From a virus (lineage: Duplodnaviria > Caudoviricetes): a stretch of 64,000 nucleotides of DNA. The notes below the pieces were generated by a model. The model did no database searches. It saw nothing but the letters and a program-made list of their open reading frames with translations, and was not told where the DNA came from. The stretch covers positions 1 to 64,000 of the IMG/VR virus record IMGVR_UViG_3300037781_000208, one strand, 5' to 3'. Of the stretch, positions 38,286-46,918 are shown piece after piece. The position numbers and the translations under genes are program-made. How positions within the stretch are numbered: position 1 is the first letter of the stretch; each line of letters starts with the position of its first letter.

Positions 38286-38714
38286 CTATTTTGCGAGGCC
38301 TCCACCGAAATAGAACCCGCTGATTGCCGCCGCCATTTGGGTGTGAACGGGCAGTATCACATAGCCAGCAATCTGCTCGAAGTGCATCTTGTCCAGTGAC
38401 TCGAAAATGAACCAGAATCCTCGGGTCTTTTCTGCATAGGCGTAGAAGACGGGCGTCTGCGGGAAGAATGCCGCCAGAATGAAGGGGGCAATGAAGACGG
38501 TGAAAAGAACCGATATGACGATCAGTCGCCGGGTCAGAGGCCCGCCCGGAGGAATGAAATCCCTTGCCTTCTGGCGATCCTCCAAAACCATACCTGCCTG
38601 CTTCGCCCAAAGGTCAGCCTGATGCTTCTGGGTCTCCATTTGCTTGGACTTTAGCTTGATCCAGGCACCGATGGCGGTGGAGACGGTGAAGGTGATGATT
38701 TCTGTGGGGATCAT
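38286..38714 (-). CDS. Holin-like membrane protein
   Basis: 2-3 hydrophobic segments, TRR.I, GFYFGG end; last gene of the late operon. Confidence 0.5.
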   Translation of the reverse strand: MIPTEIITFTVSTAIGAWIKLKSKQMETQKHQADLWAKQAGMVLEDRQKARDFIPPGGPLTRRLIVISVLFTVFIAPFILAAFFPQTPVFYAYAEKTRGFWFIFESLDKMHFEQIAGYVILPVHTQMAAAISGFYFGGGLAK

Positions 38715-41191
38715 GGCTCGATGTAGTTGCCGCCATATATCGATTCGTCCCGATAAAAGTCGGCCCTTGCATAATCGGAATCTGTCAACCCTGACGCGGT
38801 CGCACGCGCCCAGATGCGGGTTTCCGGGTAGACGGTGAACGAACCGGTGTAAGGAGCGTAGGTGCCGCCTCCGGACAGAACCCCGATCAGCCCTAGCTTA
38901 TACTCAATGGCTGCGCCTGCTGTGGAACAAGTGATTGAAACACTGCGGCTGGTGCGGATGAAGCCCCCACTTGGCGAAATGGAAGGGGTGGCAACTTTGC
39001 CTGCGGGCTGGTCGACCTCGATGGCAATTTCCGAGTCGGTGATCCGCCCTGTGGAATCCTGGGCCCGGGCGATCAATGTGAATGTTCCCGAATCGGCGAA
39101 GTTAACCGTCCGCTCGAAGTTGTAGAGTCCGGTCGGGTTCAGGGGTACGGAGAAGAGCGTTTCCTCTGTTCCATCAGCCGCCCGGCGGATCAGCGAGAAA
39201 TGCGAGAGGTTCCCATCGGCGTCTGTAACTTCCCCCGCAAAGCTGACATTGCCAGGGGGAGAGGTGTATTGCAGGCTCGCGGTCGCCGGTGTCGTGAAGG
39301 AAACCTGTGGCGCATAGGCCAAGGAGGACGGAAAGGTGAAGGGGATGTCTCCGCATCCGGACAGTTCCCGCTGGGCGAAGATGGTGAAGGGCTGCAGGCG
39401 AAAATAGCCTGTCTGGATGAGGTTCTGCAGGACCGCGAAGTCCCGGTGCCCGAATCCTGTCAGGCCAAATCCAGGGATGATCCAGCACTCGCTCTGGCCA
39501 TTCCAAAATGCCCTGCGCTTGGTACCGTAGCGTTCACGGAAAGCGGTCACCGCGTACGCGTCGTAGCCGGTCTGGGTGAAGGACTCGATGGAATAGATCT
39601 CAATGATGGGGAACCCGTCAGCGTCCTCAGCCACTGCCCCACTTCCGTCCTTGTGAATACAAACCATGAGGAGCTGGTTGTCACGGGCGGCCGTTGGTCC
39701 CGGATCATCGTCGATCATGTCGCGGTCCCGGGTCGAATAGATTTCAATTTCGAAAGGTCCGTTGGAATTCTCATCCCATCCGTCCGTCGGGCTACCGCGC
39801 AGGGCGAATACCTCCTGCAAACCAAGAAACTGGAATGAGCCGCTGGTGGCACTGTCGTAGTGCACGTTCACACCGGTGACGAGGTCATGGGGCCTCTCGG
39901 CCAGAACGCCCACCTGGATATCGCCGGAGACCAGTGGGGCGGGAAGCTCGAAAACCCGTTGGTAAGTGATGGCAGGCGGCTCTGTCTGTTGCGGTGAATC
40001 CGGAAGGTCCGCGGTCGGCGTGTAGACCACGGGCGAGATGCCCATTTCCGCCTCGATGCGCAGCTTGATGGGACCGGTCTGCGGAACAGTTCGTTCGGTG
40101 ACGCGGAAAACCTGCTGAACCTGTACGTCCCCCGGTTCCGGATCGATGTCCACACGGATAAGGTCGCCCGGTCGGATCCCGATGCCCTTAACCCGGCGCA
40201 CGGTGAGCTCGCCCTTGATGACCGGCTGGCCCTTGGCCTTCCCATACTCGGTGACGTGAAAGAACGCCTGATCGCGGCGCATGATCCATGGGCGTTTCAG
40301 GGTCGCTCTGCGATGGTCGCCCACAATCCGCAGTGCCCGGAGATCATCGTGCTTCTCGGTGGTTTCCTTGAATCCCCGGTCCCGGTCGGTGAAGGTGATT
40401 GCCCAGCCGGTTTCGGATTCGCCCCAGCCACCGCCTTCGAACTTGGGGCGCTCAGTGAATTCATCGGCTGTGAGAAGTGGCAAGCCACTCACGTCGACCG
40501 TTGCATCATGGGGCCATGCTCCCGCCTCAATTGTTTCGGTCTCCGGATTGAAGCGAAGCCAAAGATCGGCATTCAGGGCCATTTCAGCCACAGCCTGGCG
40601 GGCCGGTACTTGCTGGTTTAACAGAGCGGAAATATATGTGTTCGGGTGCTGGTTGTTGAGAAACAGCTGATCCGAGGTGGCAAACCACGAACCCAAATCA
40701 AAGCCCGCGGAGGCCAGCCCAAGACCATAGCGGGGATGTGTCAGAAAATCTGCCAGGGAGGCGACCGGGGATGCCTGTTCATCATATAGTTCCGCCGCCC
40801 CGTTACTAAAGACGCTCTGCTGGGGCTTGCGACGAACCACCACCTCCAGATTTGGAGCACTGGTGCGCTCCCGGCCAAAGAAGAAGTCCACCAAAACGAT
40901 ATAGCAAACGCCCTTGTAGGCGGGATGTTCATGCCCGTGGTTGTTGCTTCCGGGATTGAGCAGAGGATCCACGCTCTGGGTTTCGGTTCCCCAGTAGAAG
41001 CGGATGACACGCCGGGAATCGACGGTGATTGTCGAATAGTTGGTGGCACTGCCCCGATATAGCGGTCCCTTCCAGGCGCTTTCGCCATCGACAATGATTT
41101 CATCGAGGACATCAACCGGCCCATTGCAGACCACGCCAGCCAAAGAGCCGTGGTATTCCCAAAACTTGATTTTGCCACTTCCGCCACTCAT
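38711..41191 (-). CDS. Tail tip / host-specificity protein (J-like) with C-terminal Ig/Fn3-like domains
   Basis: VCNGPVD, HPAYKGVCY, ATPSISPSGG...I.Y...RIWARA; ATGA-coupled start. Confidence 0.75.
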   Translation of the reverse strand: MSGGSGKIKFWEYHGSLAGVVCNGPVDVLDEIIVDGESAWKGPLYRGSATNYSTITVDSRRVIRFYWGTETQSVDPLLNPGSNNHGHEHPAYKGVCYIVLVDFFFGRERTSAPNLEVVVRRKPQQSVFSNGAAELYDEQASPVASLADFLTHPRYGLGLASAGFDLGSWFATSDQLFLNNQHPNTYISALLNQQVPARQAVAEMALNADLWLRFNPETETIEAGAWPHDATVDVSGLPLLTADEFTERPKFEGGGWGESETGWAITFTDRDRGFKETTEKHDDLRALRIVGDHRRATLKRPWIMRRDQAFFHVTEYGKAKGQPVIKGELTVRRVKGIGIRPGDLIRVDIDPEPGDVQVQQVFRVTERTVPQTGPIKLRIEAEMGISPVVYTPTADLPDSPQQTEPPAITYQRVFELPAPLVSGDIQVGVLAERPHDLVTGVNVHYDSATSGSFQFLGLQEVFALRGSPTDGWDENSNGPFEIEIYSTRDRDMIDDDPGPTAARDNQLLMVCIHKDGSGAVAEDADGFPIIEIYSIESFTQTGYDAYAVTAFRERYGTKRRAFWNGQSECWIIPGFGLTGFGHRDFAVLQNLIQTGYFRLQPFTIFAQRELSGCGDIPFTFPSSLAYAPQVSFTTPATASLQYTSPPGNVSFAGEVTDADGNLSHFSLIRRAADGTEETLFSVPLNPTGLYNFERTVNFADSGTFTLIARAQDSTGRITDSEIAIEVDQPAGKVATPSISPSGGFIRTSRSVSITCSTAGAAIEYKLGLIGVLSGGGTYAPYTGSFTVYPETRIWARATASGLTDSDYARADFYRDESIYGGNYIEP

Positions 41192-41379
41192 TTGACCTTC
41201 TCCTCCTTTTGGACGGCCCGCTGATTGTAGATCGGGGTGATCCAACGGACGGTCAGTTTGCGTGTACCGGTGTGCAGGGGCAGAGGCACCGACTCCTGGG
41301 AGTTCGAAAGGGTCTCCTCCTCGATACCGCCGATCTCGGGTTCGGGATCCGGGGTGCTGTTGCGATTTCCAAAACTCAT
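41188..41379 (-). CDS. Small ORF resembling the N-terminus of tail tip proteins
   Basis: SQESVPLPL.TGTRKL; ATGA overlaps at both ends. Confidence 0.6.
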   Translation of the reverse strand: MSFGNRNSTPDPEPEIGGIEEETLSNSQESVPLPLHTGTRKLTVRWITPIYNQRAVQKEEKVK

Positions 41380-41822
41380 GGCTTTAACCTCCAATTCAAA
41401 GTCAACCGCTTCGCCCACATCGGATCATCCCACCGGTTGATCATCACGCCATGGCGGCGCACTGCATGGATCATTTCCTCCCCGCGCAGGACGATGGCAA
41501 GATGGTGGGTGCAACCCCCGATCTTGAAACCAAGGATGTCGCCCGGTATTGGAGGCTCTTCGACTTCCACAAAACCCGGCATCGAGGCCATGAAAGGTTC
41601 GATAAGACTATCCCTCTGGCTGATGGAATGGTTGGGATCGGCCTTGGGAAAGTCCTGCCTGGGGACCGCCCCAATTGCCATGAATACCTCAGCCACGAAC
41701 AGATGGCAGCAGACCCCGGATCCCTTGAAGGCGGCATTGGCCCGGAACGGTGTGCCCAGCCAGGAACTGGATACACTTACCAGCGCATCGATACGCTCTT
41801 CACTGTTGAACCAAGTACTCAT
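41376..41822 (-). CDS. NlpC/P60-family tail assembly protein (K-like)
   Basis: WLGTPF...GVCC..F, PGDILGF...HHLAI...IHA. Confidence 0.8.
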   Translation of the reverse strand: MSTWFNSEERIDALVSVSSSWLGTPFRANAAFKGSGVCCHLFVAEVFMAIGAVPRQDFPKADPNHSISQRDSLIEPFMASMPGFVEVEEPPIPGDILGFKIGGCTHHLAIVLRGEEMIHAVRRHGVMINRWDDPMWAKRLTLNWRLKP

Positions 41823-43873
41823 TTCATATTTCGGTTGGAAGGCATCTTGACCATGGAGGGATTGCCCACCGGCATATGGGGAAAACCACCAAAGCGGCTG
41901 TAATTGCCAAACTTGTCCTTGCAGGTGCCGCGCTTCCCATCACATCCGGGAAAAAGGAATACTTCCTCGTCGACCGAAGGGATGCGCCCGAGCGGTGTTG
42001 AGAGGGTCAGTTCGATGAAGCCGTTGCCGGAAGTATCGTAGCTCGTGGCATCGGCGATAAACCGGCTCTCAAATTCCGTTCCGCTCCCCAGTTCGATCCA
42101 GCCACCTGCGAACCAGTGCAAGTCCGGCTGAACCCATGTGCCGGTCACCCGGGCGAGGTTGCGCAACTTGATGCGGGTCGGATTCAGCAGAGTCGCCAGC
42201 ACGTAGCCGCTATACTTCCAATCGTCATTGTTCAATCCGCAGGCCCCGTCGAAGAGCGCGTAATTGCAGGTCGGCTGCATGAGCACGCGGGGAAGTTTCC
42301 GCTCAAAGAGGTTTCCCACCTGCGCTGCGCGGGCTGTTAAGTAAGGACCGTCCATCTTGACCCGGCTCACCTCACCGGAGAACAGTCGCCGCCAATCGTA
42401 GATGGTCGTCCCTCCCGGCCAGATCTTTGCCTCGATGATTTCCAGCTTCATCGGAAACTCCAGACGGAACGGAATAAAGCGCAGAAGCGGGTTGTCCGGG
42501 AAGGCGCGCGTGCGTAGTTGAACCTCATTCCGCTCCAGATTCAAGGTCTCGCGGATTTCCCCATGCTCGATTGGCTGAGGCGTGTATGTCCCGGAAGCAT
42601 CCTCGAGCGGATCCTCGTAGGAAGTGAACCGCCAGACCTGTGAGGTGCCCGGATACTCCACGGTGAACCGGTAGAGGAAGCAGGATCGGTGCAGCGTCCC
42701 GATCGTGTCGCCGTGGGTTTCCCCGGTCGGGGTAAAGTAATCGGTGGCCGCTTCCTTGAATTCAACCGATGCCTCAACCTCGTCCGTGCTTCGCCAGCGA
42801 AGCGTCAGTCCAGACCGCGCAAAGCGTACCAAGGCCGCCGTGGCAAGGGAGGTGGTCGCCTGCTTGTGGGCAAAAGCAAGAGCCTGTGCCAAAAGGATGC
42901 TCGTCGATGACTTGGATGAGATTTGCCGGATCTCGGTCGCAGCGTCCCGGTCAACAAGGGCAAGGTAGGCGTTGCTTCCAAGGCTGTTGCCATCGGTGAC
43001 AGCCAGCGTGGTCGCCCCGGCAGCGACATCCTCTCTCAGGCGCGCCTCCGACATCCAGGTGGGGCACCAGAAGGTGGCGGCATTACCCTGTGCCACATCG
43101 AAGAACTCGATCAAATCGGCCCCGGACTGATTACCGTGGAGCGAGAGCTCGAAGCGCAACGCCCGTTCGGGTGACTGCGGATAGACGACCCGCACCTCTT
43201 CTCGGTTAAATCCCATCCCGCGGCGGTCGACCTCGATCTCGGCCTTCCCGGTTTCCACCGGTCCGCGCCATTGTGGACGGAAGGGAAAGACCGGGTAATT
43301 GCGCCCGGAGATTTGCGGACCATAGGCCAGCCCGGATCTATTGACCTGCAAGGCAAGGCTCGTTGGACCGTCCTCCTTGATCCGGAATCGGGCGACGAAC
43401 AATTCATCCGTGATGGCCTCAATGGTGGGGCTTTCCGAAAAATATCCCCTCAAGGCCGGGATCCATTTCGTGGTAAACGGGAATGGTCCAATCATGTTTG
43501 TGGGGTCCAGAACAAGGGAAGCACTGCCATTGCTGTACCACTGAATCGCCTGTGCGGAGGAAAAGACCGATCCGTATCCCGGTTCAAAGAGCCATTCTCC
43601 CGGCCAGAAAGGAAACCAGATGGGCAGGTCCTCGAAGTTGGATGCCTGTAGTGCATTGCGCAGCGTAGCCGCCTCCTGCGCCGTCAGCTGGCTTTCAAAG
43701 GCGATTTCAGTACGGAGCTTATCCGCGTAGGCGCGGCGGCTCTCCCGGCCCGTCAGGCTGCGTTCAGCATCGGCTGGCAAGGTAAAACGGGTCTCGATGC
43801 CGCTTCGCCAGTCGGGTTCAAATGGGAGGATCCAGCAGGTCTCCCCGAGAATGGTGTCATAGGATTGGATCAT
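41819..43873 (-). CDS. Distal tail / tail hub fusion (DUF2460-like + DUF2163/BR0599-like)
   Basis: QPTCNYALFDGACGL, FAGGWI, GCDG...C.DKFGN..RFGGFP; start revised to MIQSYD. Confidence 0.75.
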   Translation of the reverse strand: MIQSYDTILGETCWILPFEPDWRSGIETRFTLPADAERSLTGRESRRAYADKLRTEIAFESQLTAQEAATLRNALQASNFEDLPIWFPFWPGEWLFEPGYGSVFSSAQAIQWYSNGSASLVLDPTNMIGPFPFTTKWIPALRGYFSESPTIEAITDELFVARFRIKEDGPTSLALQVNRSGLAYGPQISGRNYPVFPFRPQWRGPVETGKAEIEVDRRGMGFNREEVRVVYPQSPERALRFELSLHGNQSGADLIEFFDVAQGNAATFWCPTWMSEARLREDVAAGATTLAVTDGNSLGSNAYLALVDRDAATEIRQISSKSSTSILLAQALAFAHKQATTSLATAALVRFARSGLTLRWRSTDEVEASVEFKEAATDYFTPTGETHGDTIGTLHRSCFLYRFTVEYPGTSQVWRFTSYEDPLEDASGTYTPQPIEHGEIRETLNLERNEVQLRTRAFPDNPLLRFIPFRLEFPMKLEIIEAKIWPGGTTIYDWRRLFSGEVSRVKMDGPYLTARAAQVGNLFERKLPRVLMQPTCNYALFDGACGLNNDDWKYSGYVLATLLNPTRIKLRNLARVTGTWVQPDLHWFAGGWIELGSGTEFESRFIADATSYDTSGNGFIELTLSTPLGRIPSVDEEVFLFPGCDGKRGTCKDKFGNYSRFGGFPHMPVGNPSMVKMPSNRNMK

Positions 43874-46224
43874 GCCTGAAATTCGTGTCGGTTGCGACGC
43901 AGCACATCGAGGATGACGGTCTCGCCCTCCTGGGACTCGGCCCATCGCTGCAATGCTGCCGGATCATTGAAGAGTCCGATGTTGAAACGGTTCTGGGTGG
44001 GTCGGTTTGCCTCGACGCGAACACCCTCGGATGCGGGAGCGTTCATGCCCACCAGCCCACCTGTGGCGAAGCCCGCGAGATCCGGTGTGGGACGGTTGAA
44101 GCGGAGGCTGTCCATAAGCGCGTAGAAGTAGCCGGGGCCGCGCTTGGCGACCACATCGGCAGGCATCACGAACTCGCCCTTGTGGACGATCCCTGCGGGC
44201 GTCAAACGTCCACCTGCTCCCGTATAGCCGCCTTCGTCAAAGGAAGCCATGGCTGCGGCAAGAAGCGCCAGACCGATGATCGCCGCCACCCCGAAAGTCG
44301 CGATGGACTTGACCAAGGCTGCAGGCGTCCAGGCGACCGCCGTCGCTGTCGCAGTAGCGGCTTCACTGGTGGCGATGGCCGCATTCTTGGAGACGTTTGA
44401 TGCCACTTCGGCTGCATCCATTTTCCGCCCCAAAAGGAACATCATGGTGCGCTTCACGACCCACTGGGCGGCCATCTGGGCAAAGGCGGTGACAACGGAA
44501 CTGACGATCGTGTTGCCAATGTTGCGAAGGGCATCACCCCAAGTCATCGTGCCGTTGATCAGGCCGGTAATGGACTGACCGATCCCCTGGGTCATCGAGG
44601 AGGCGATACCGCCAATTGCGGAGTAAACCTGTTGGGCCATGGTGCCGGCTGTAGTGACATAATCCATCATCGCCACTTTGGCGGCTGTCCAGGTGCCCAC
44701 TCCGAAGTCGCCCTGGCCGGAGGTGAACTGGTCGAAACGTTCCTGCCCACGGTCGGCGAAACTCAGGGGACCTGCGGCTGCTGAAACCACCGGGGTAATC
44801 GAGGATCCGGCAGCGCCTCCTTCCTCTTTCCGCTTGGCGATCTTTTCGTCAATCAGCTGGTTCAGGCGCTCGGTTGCGGTTGCTTGGCCCTCGATGGCCT
44901 CGGTTTCCGCTCCGATGATGGCGAGGGTTTCTGAAAGGTTCGATTCCAGTGCGGCCCGACGCGCATCCGCCCGGGCGACCACCGCTTCCTGCTGCTCCGC
45001 AAGAATGTTCTCATAGCTGCGGGCCTTGAATCCGGGACCGGTGCTGCCGGCCTGCACACGACCAAGGGAAGCGGCACCGATATCCACGCCCGGGATCTTG
45101 TTCGCCCATTCGATGGCGGTGTTGAGGACGCTCTCGATGCGGGAAGCGAAAAAGTTGATGACAGAGGCCAGCCCCGACATGAGCACCCCTTTGAATCCGT
45201 CCCAACCCTCCCGGGCCTTCTCCCAGGCGAGCTCAAATCCGCTCGTCAGGTAGGCACCGAAAAGCGAAAGAAAACCAAGGGCATCCGAGACCCATTTGCT
45301 GAAGCCAACACCGATTGTCATGATGCCGGTCGCAATGGCCTTGAGCCAGGTGGTGTCCGAAGCGAATCCATCGAGAATCCTCCGGGCTCCCGCCATACCC
45401 TGCTCAAACCCTGCCTCGATGCCCAAGGCAATAAACTGCGAAAAGGTGCCGTCGCGGATGGAATCCAGTCCAAGGGAAATGAATGCCCCGATTCGCTGGC
45501 CGAGTCCGGTCAGGTCAATCCGGTTCAAGGTTTCGAGCGGGCCTGTCAGGTAACCGGCCAGCTGGTCGCCCAACCCGGCGAAGAACTGCCGCGACTTGTT
45601 TGGGATTCGCCCAAGGAGTGTGTCGATACGCTCGAACTCGACCGAATTTCGCTGAAGGACACTCGGCAATTGGCCCAAGGATTCCCGGGCATCGTCAATC
45701 GCTCCACCGGACTGAAAGAGTGGCATCAGTTCCACGCCGCTTTCTCCAAGAAGGCGCACGGCAATAGCGGTTCGTTCAGCGGGATTCTCAATTGCAGCGA
45801 TGCGCTTGCCGATCAAATCAAATTGGTCCGCTGGTGACATGCGGGCCACCTCGGCCGCCTCCAGGTTCAGGTCACGCATGGCCTGCTTGCCTTCGCCCAT
45901 CCCGCGGGCGGCATCCGCGATCCGGCGCTGAAGATCGTTCACCGACTTTCCGACCCGCTTGGCATCCACTCCATTGTCCGCGAAGGCCTGTCTCAGAGTG
46001 GCAAGGTCCGCCACGGCCACACCGGTCTGCTTGGAAAGGTGATCCAGATCGGCCCCGAGGGTCAGAATCTCGCGGGCGTTACCGTAGGCTGACCGGAACC
46101 CCACATAGGCCGCCGTCGCAGCCACCACTCCGCGAAGGAGGTTGCCAAAACCTTGGGTCACCCGGTCGAGCTGGGCAAGGCGGGAGCGGATATCAATTAA
46201 AACACTGACGCGGGCATCGGCCAT
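43870..46224 (-). CDS. Tail tape measure protein
   Basis: Ala/Gly-rich helical 784 aa; FDEGGYTG...AGIVHKGEFV C-terminus. Confidence 0.9.
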   Translation of the reverse strand: MADARVSVLIDIRSRLAQLDRVTQGFGNLLRGVVAATAAYVGFRSAYGNAREILTLGADLDHLSKQTGVAVADLATLRQAFADNGVDAKRVGKSVNDLQRRIADAARGMGEGKQAMRDLNLEAAEVARMSPADQFDLIGKRIAAIENPAERTAIAVRLLGESGVELMPLFQSGGAIDDARESLGQLPSVLQRNSVEFERIDTLLGRIPNKSRQFFAGLGDQLAGYLTGPLETLNRIDLTGLGQRIGAFISLGLDSIRDGTFSQFIALGIEAGFEQGMAGARRILDGFASDTTWLKAIATGIMTIGVGFSKWVSDALGFLSLFGAYLTSGFELAWEKAREGWDGFKGVLMSGLASVINFFASRIESVLNTAIEWANKIPGVDIGAASLGRVQAGSTGPGFKARSYENILAEQQEAVVARADARRAALESNLSETLAIIGAETEAIEGQATATERLNQLIDEKIAKRKEEGGAAGSSITPVVSAAAGPLSFADRGQERFDQFTSGQGDFGVGTWTAAKVAMMDYVTTAGTMAQQVYSAIGGIASSMTQGIGQSITGLINGTMTWGDALRNIGNTIVSSVVTAFAQMAAQWVVKRTMMFLLGRKMDAAEVASNVSKNAAIATSEAATATATAVAWTPAALVKSIATFGVAAIIGLALLAAAMASFDEGGYTGAGGRLTPAGIVHKGEFVMPADVVAKRGPGYFYALMDSLRFNRPTPDLAGFATGGLVGMNAPASEGVRVEANRPTQNRFNIGLFNDPAALQRWAESQEGETVILDVLRRNRHEFQA

Positions 46225-46242
46225 TCAATGGCCAGCGGCGTG

Positions 46243-46578
46243 TCAACGATTGCGCCTTACCGAAGCGCCCCAGCCAGAGAAGACCGAGCCCAGATCATCG
46301 GTACTGACTGAATCCTGCGGCTCCAGGGACTTTCCAAGGATGCGCCTGAATTGCTCCAGCTTCCGGCCAGCGTCCTTGTCCCACACGGCAAACGCCGCCA
46401 GTGCCTCCGTCTGAAGGGCCAGAAGAGCCTTGGTGGATTCCCGGCGATGATCCTCCCGGAGAATGAGCAGCACCTCCGGAAGCGACATGGTGGCGGCGAC
46501 TTCGCCTACTGATCGCCCGAGGATGATGGCGCACTGGGCACAAAGTTCCCCAAGGTCTGCTGCAGCTTCATTCCCTTT
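46243..46578 (-). CDS. gpT-like -1 frame extension of the tail chaperone
   Basis: Open -1 frame entered at AAAGGGA (46572-46578). Confidence 0.6.
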   Translation of the reverse strand, partial: KGNEAAADLGELCAQCAIILGRSVGEVAATMSLPEVLLILREDHRRESTKALLALQTEALAAFAVWDKDAGRKLEQFRRILGKSLEPQDSVSTDDLGSVFSGWGASVRRNR

Positions 46579-46892
46579 TGGGCTACGGGCAGAAGAGCCT
46601 CGTTGAGATTGGCCCGCCGATTGGCCCACCGGCAGGCATTCTGAAAATTTAGATCATGGGCCGCTTCAACGATCGAGAGGATTGAATCAACGGTGAGGGT
46701 CTGGATGAAGTCCTCGTCCTTGTCGGTGACAAAGGCGGCTAGGGCTTCCTCATCCTCGGCCTTGGCGAAGTATTCAGGGAACTCCCTGATCTTGAGCAGG
46801 CGCACCTGCACTTCGACCTGTTCGCCGGATTGGGTTTCAATAGCTAGCGGGGAGTCGCCTGTGAGAATGCTGGAATTTGTTGAAGTGGTCAT
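46506..46892 (-). CDS. Tail assembly chaperone (gpG-like)
   Basis: Upstream of the tape measure gene; start revised to MTTSTNS. Confidence 0.7.
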   Translation of the reverse strand: MTTSTNSSILTGDSPLAIETQSGEQVEVQVRLLKIREFPEYFAKAEDEEALAAFVTDKDEDFIQTLTVDSILSIVEAAHDLNFQNACRWANRRANLNEALLPVAQKGMKLQQTLGNFVPSAPSSSGDQ

Positions 46893-46918
46893 GATCTGAA
46901 TTCGGGTTGGGATTGGCG

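Noticed and set aside
38783-38788. TTGACA within the tail-tip gene
   Set aside because: 68 nt from the next start, which is ATGA-coupled; treated as background
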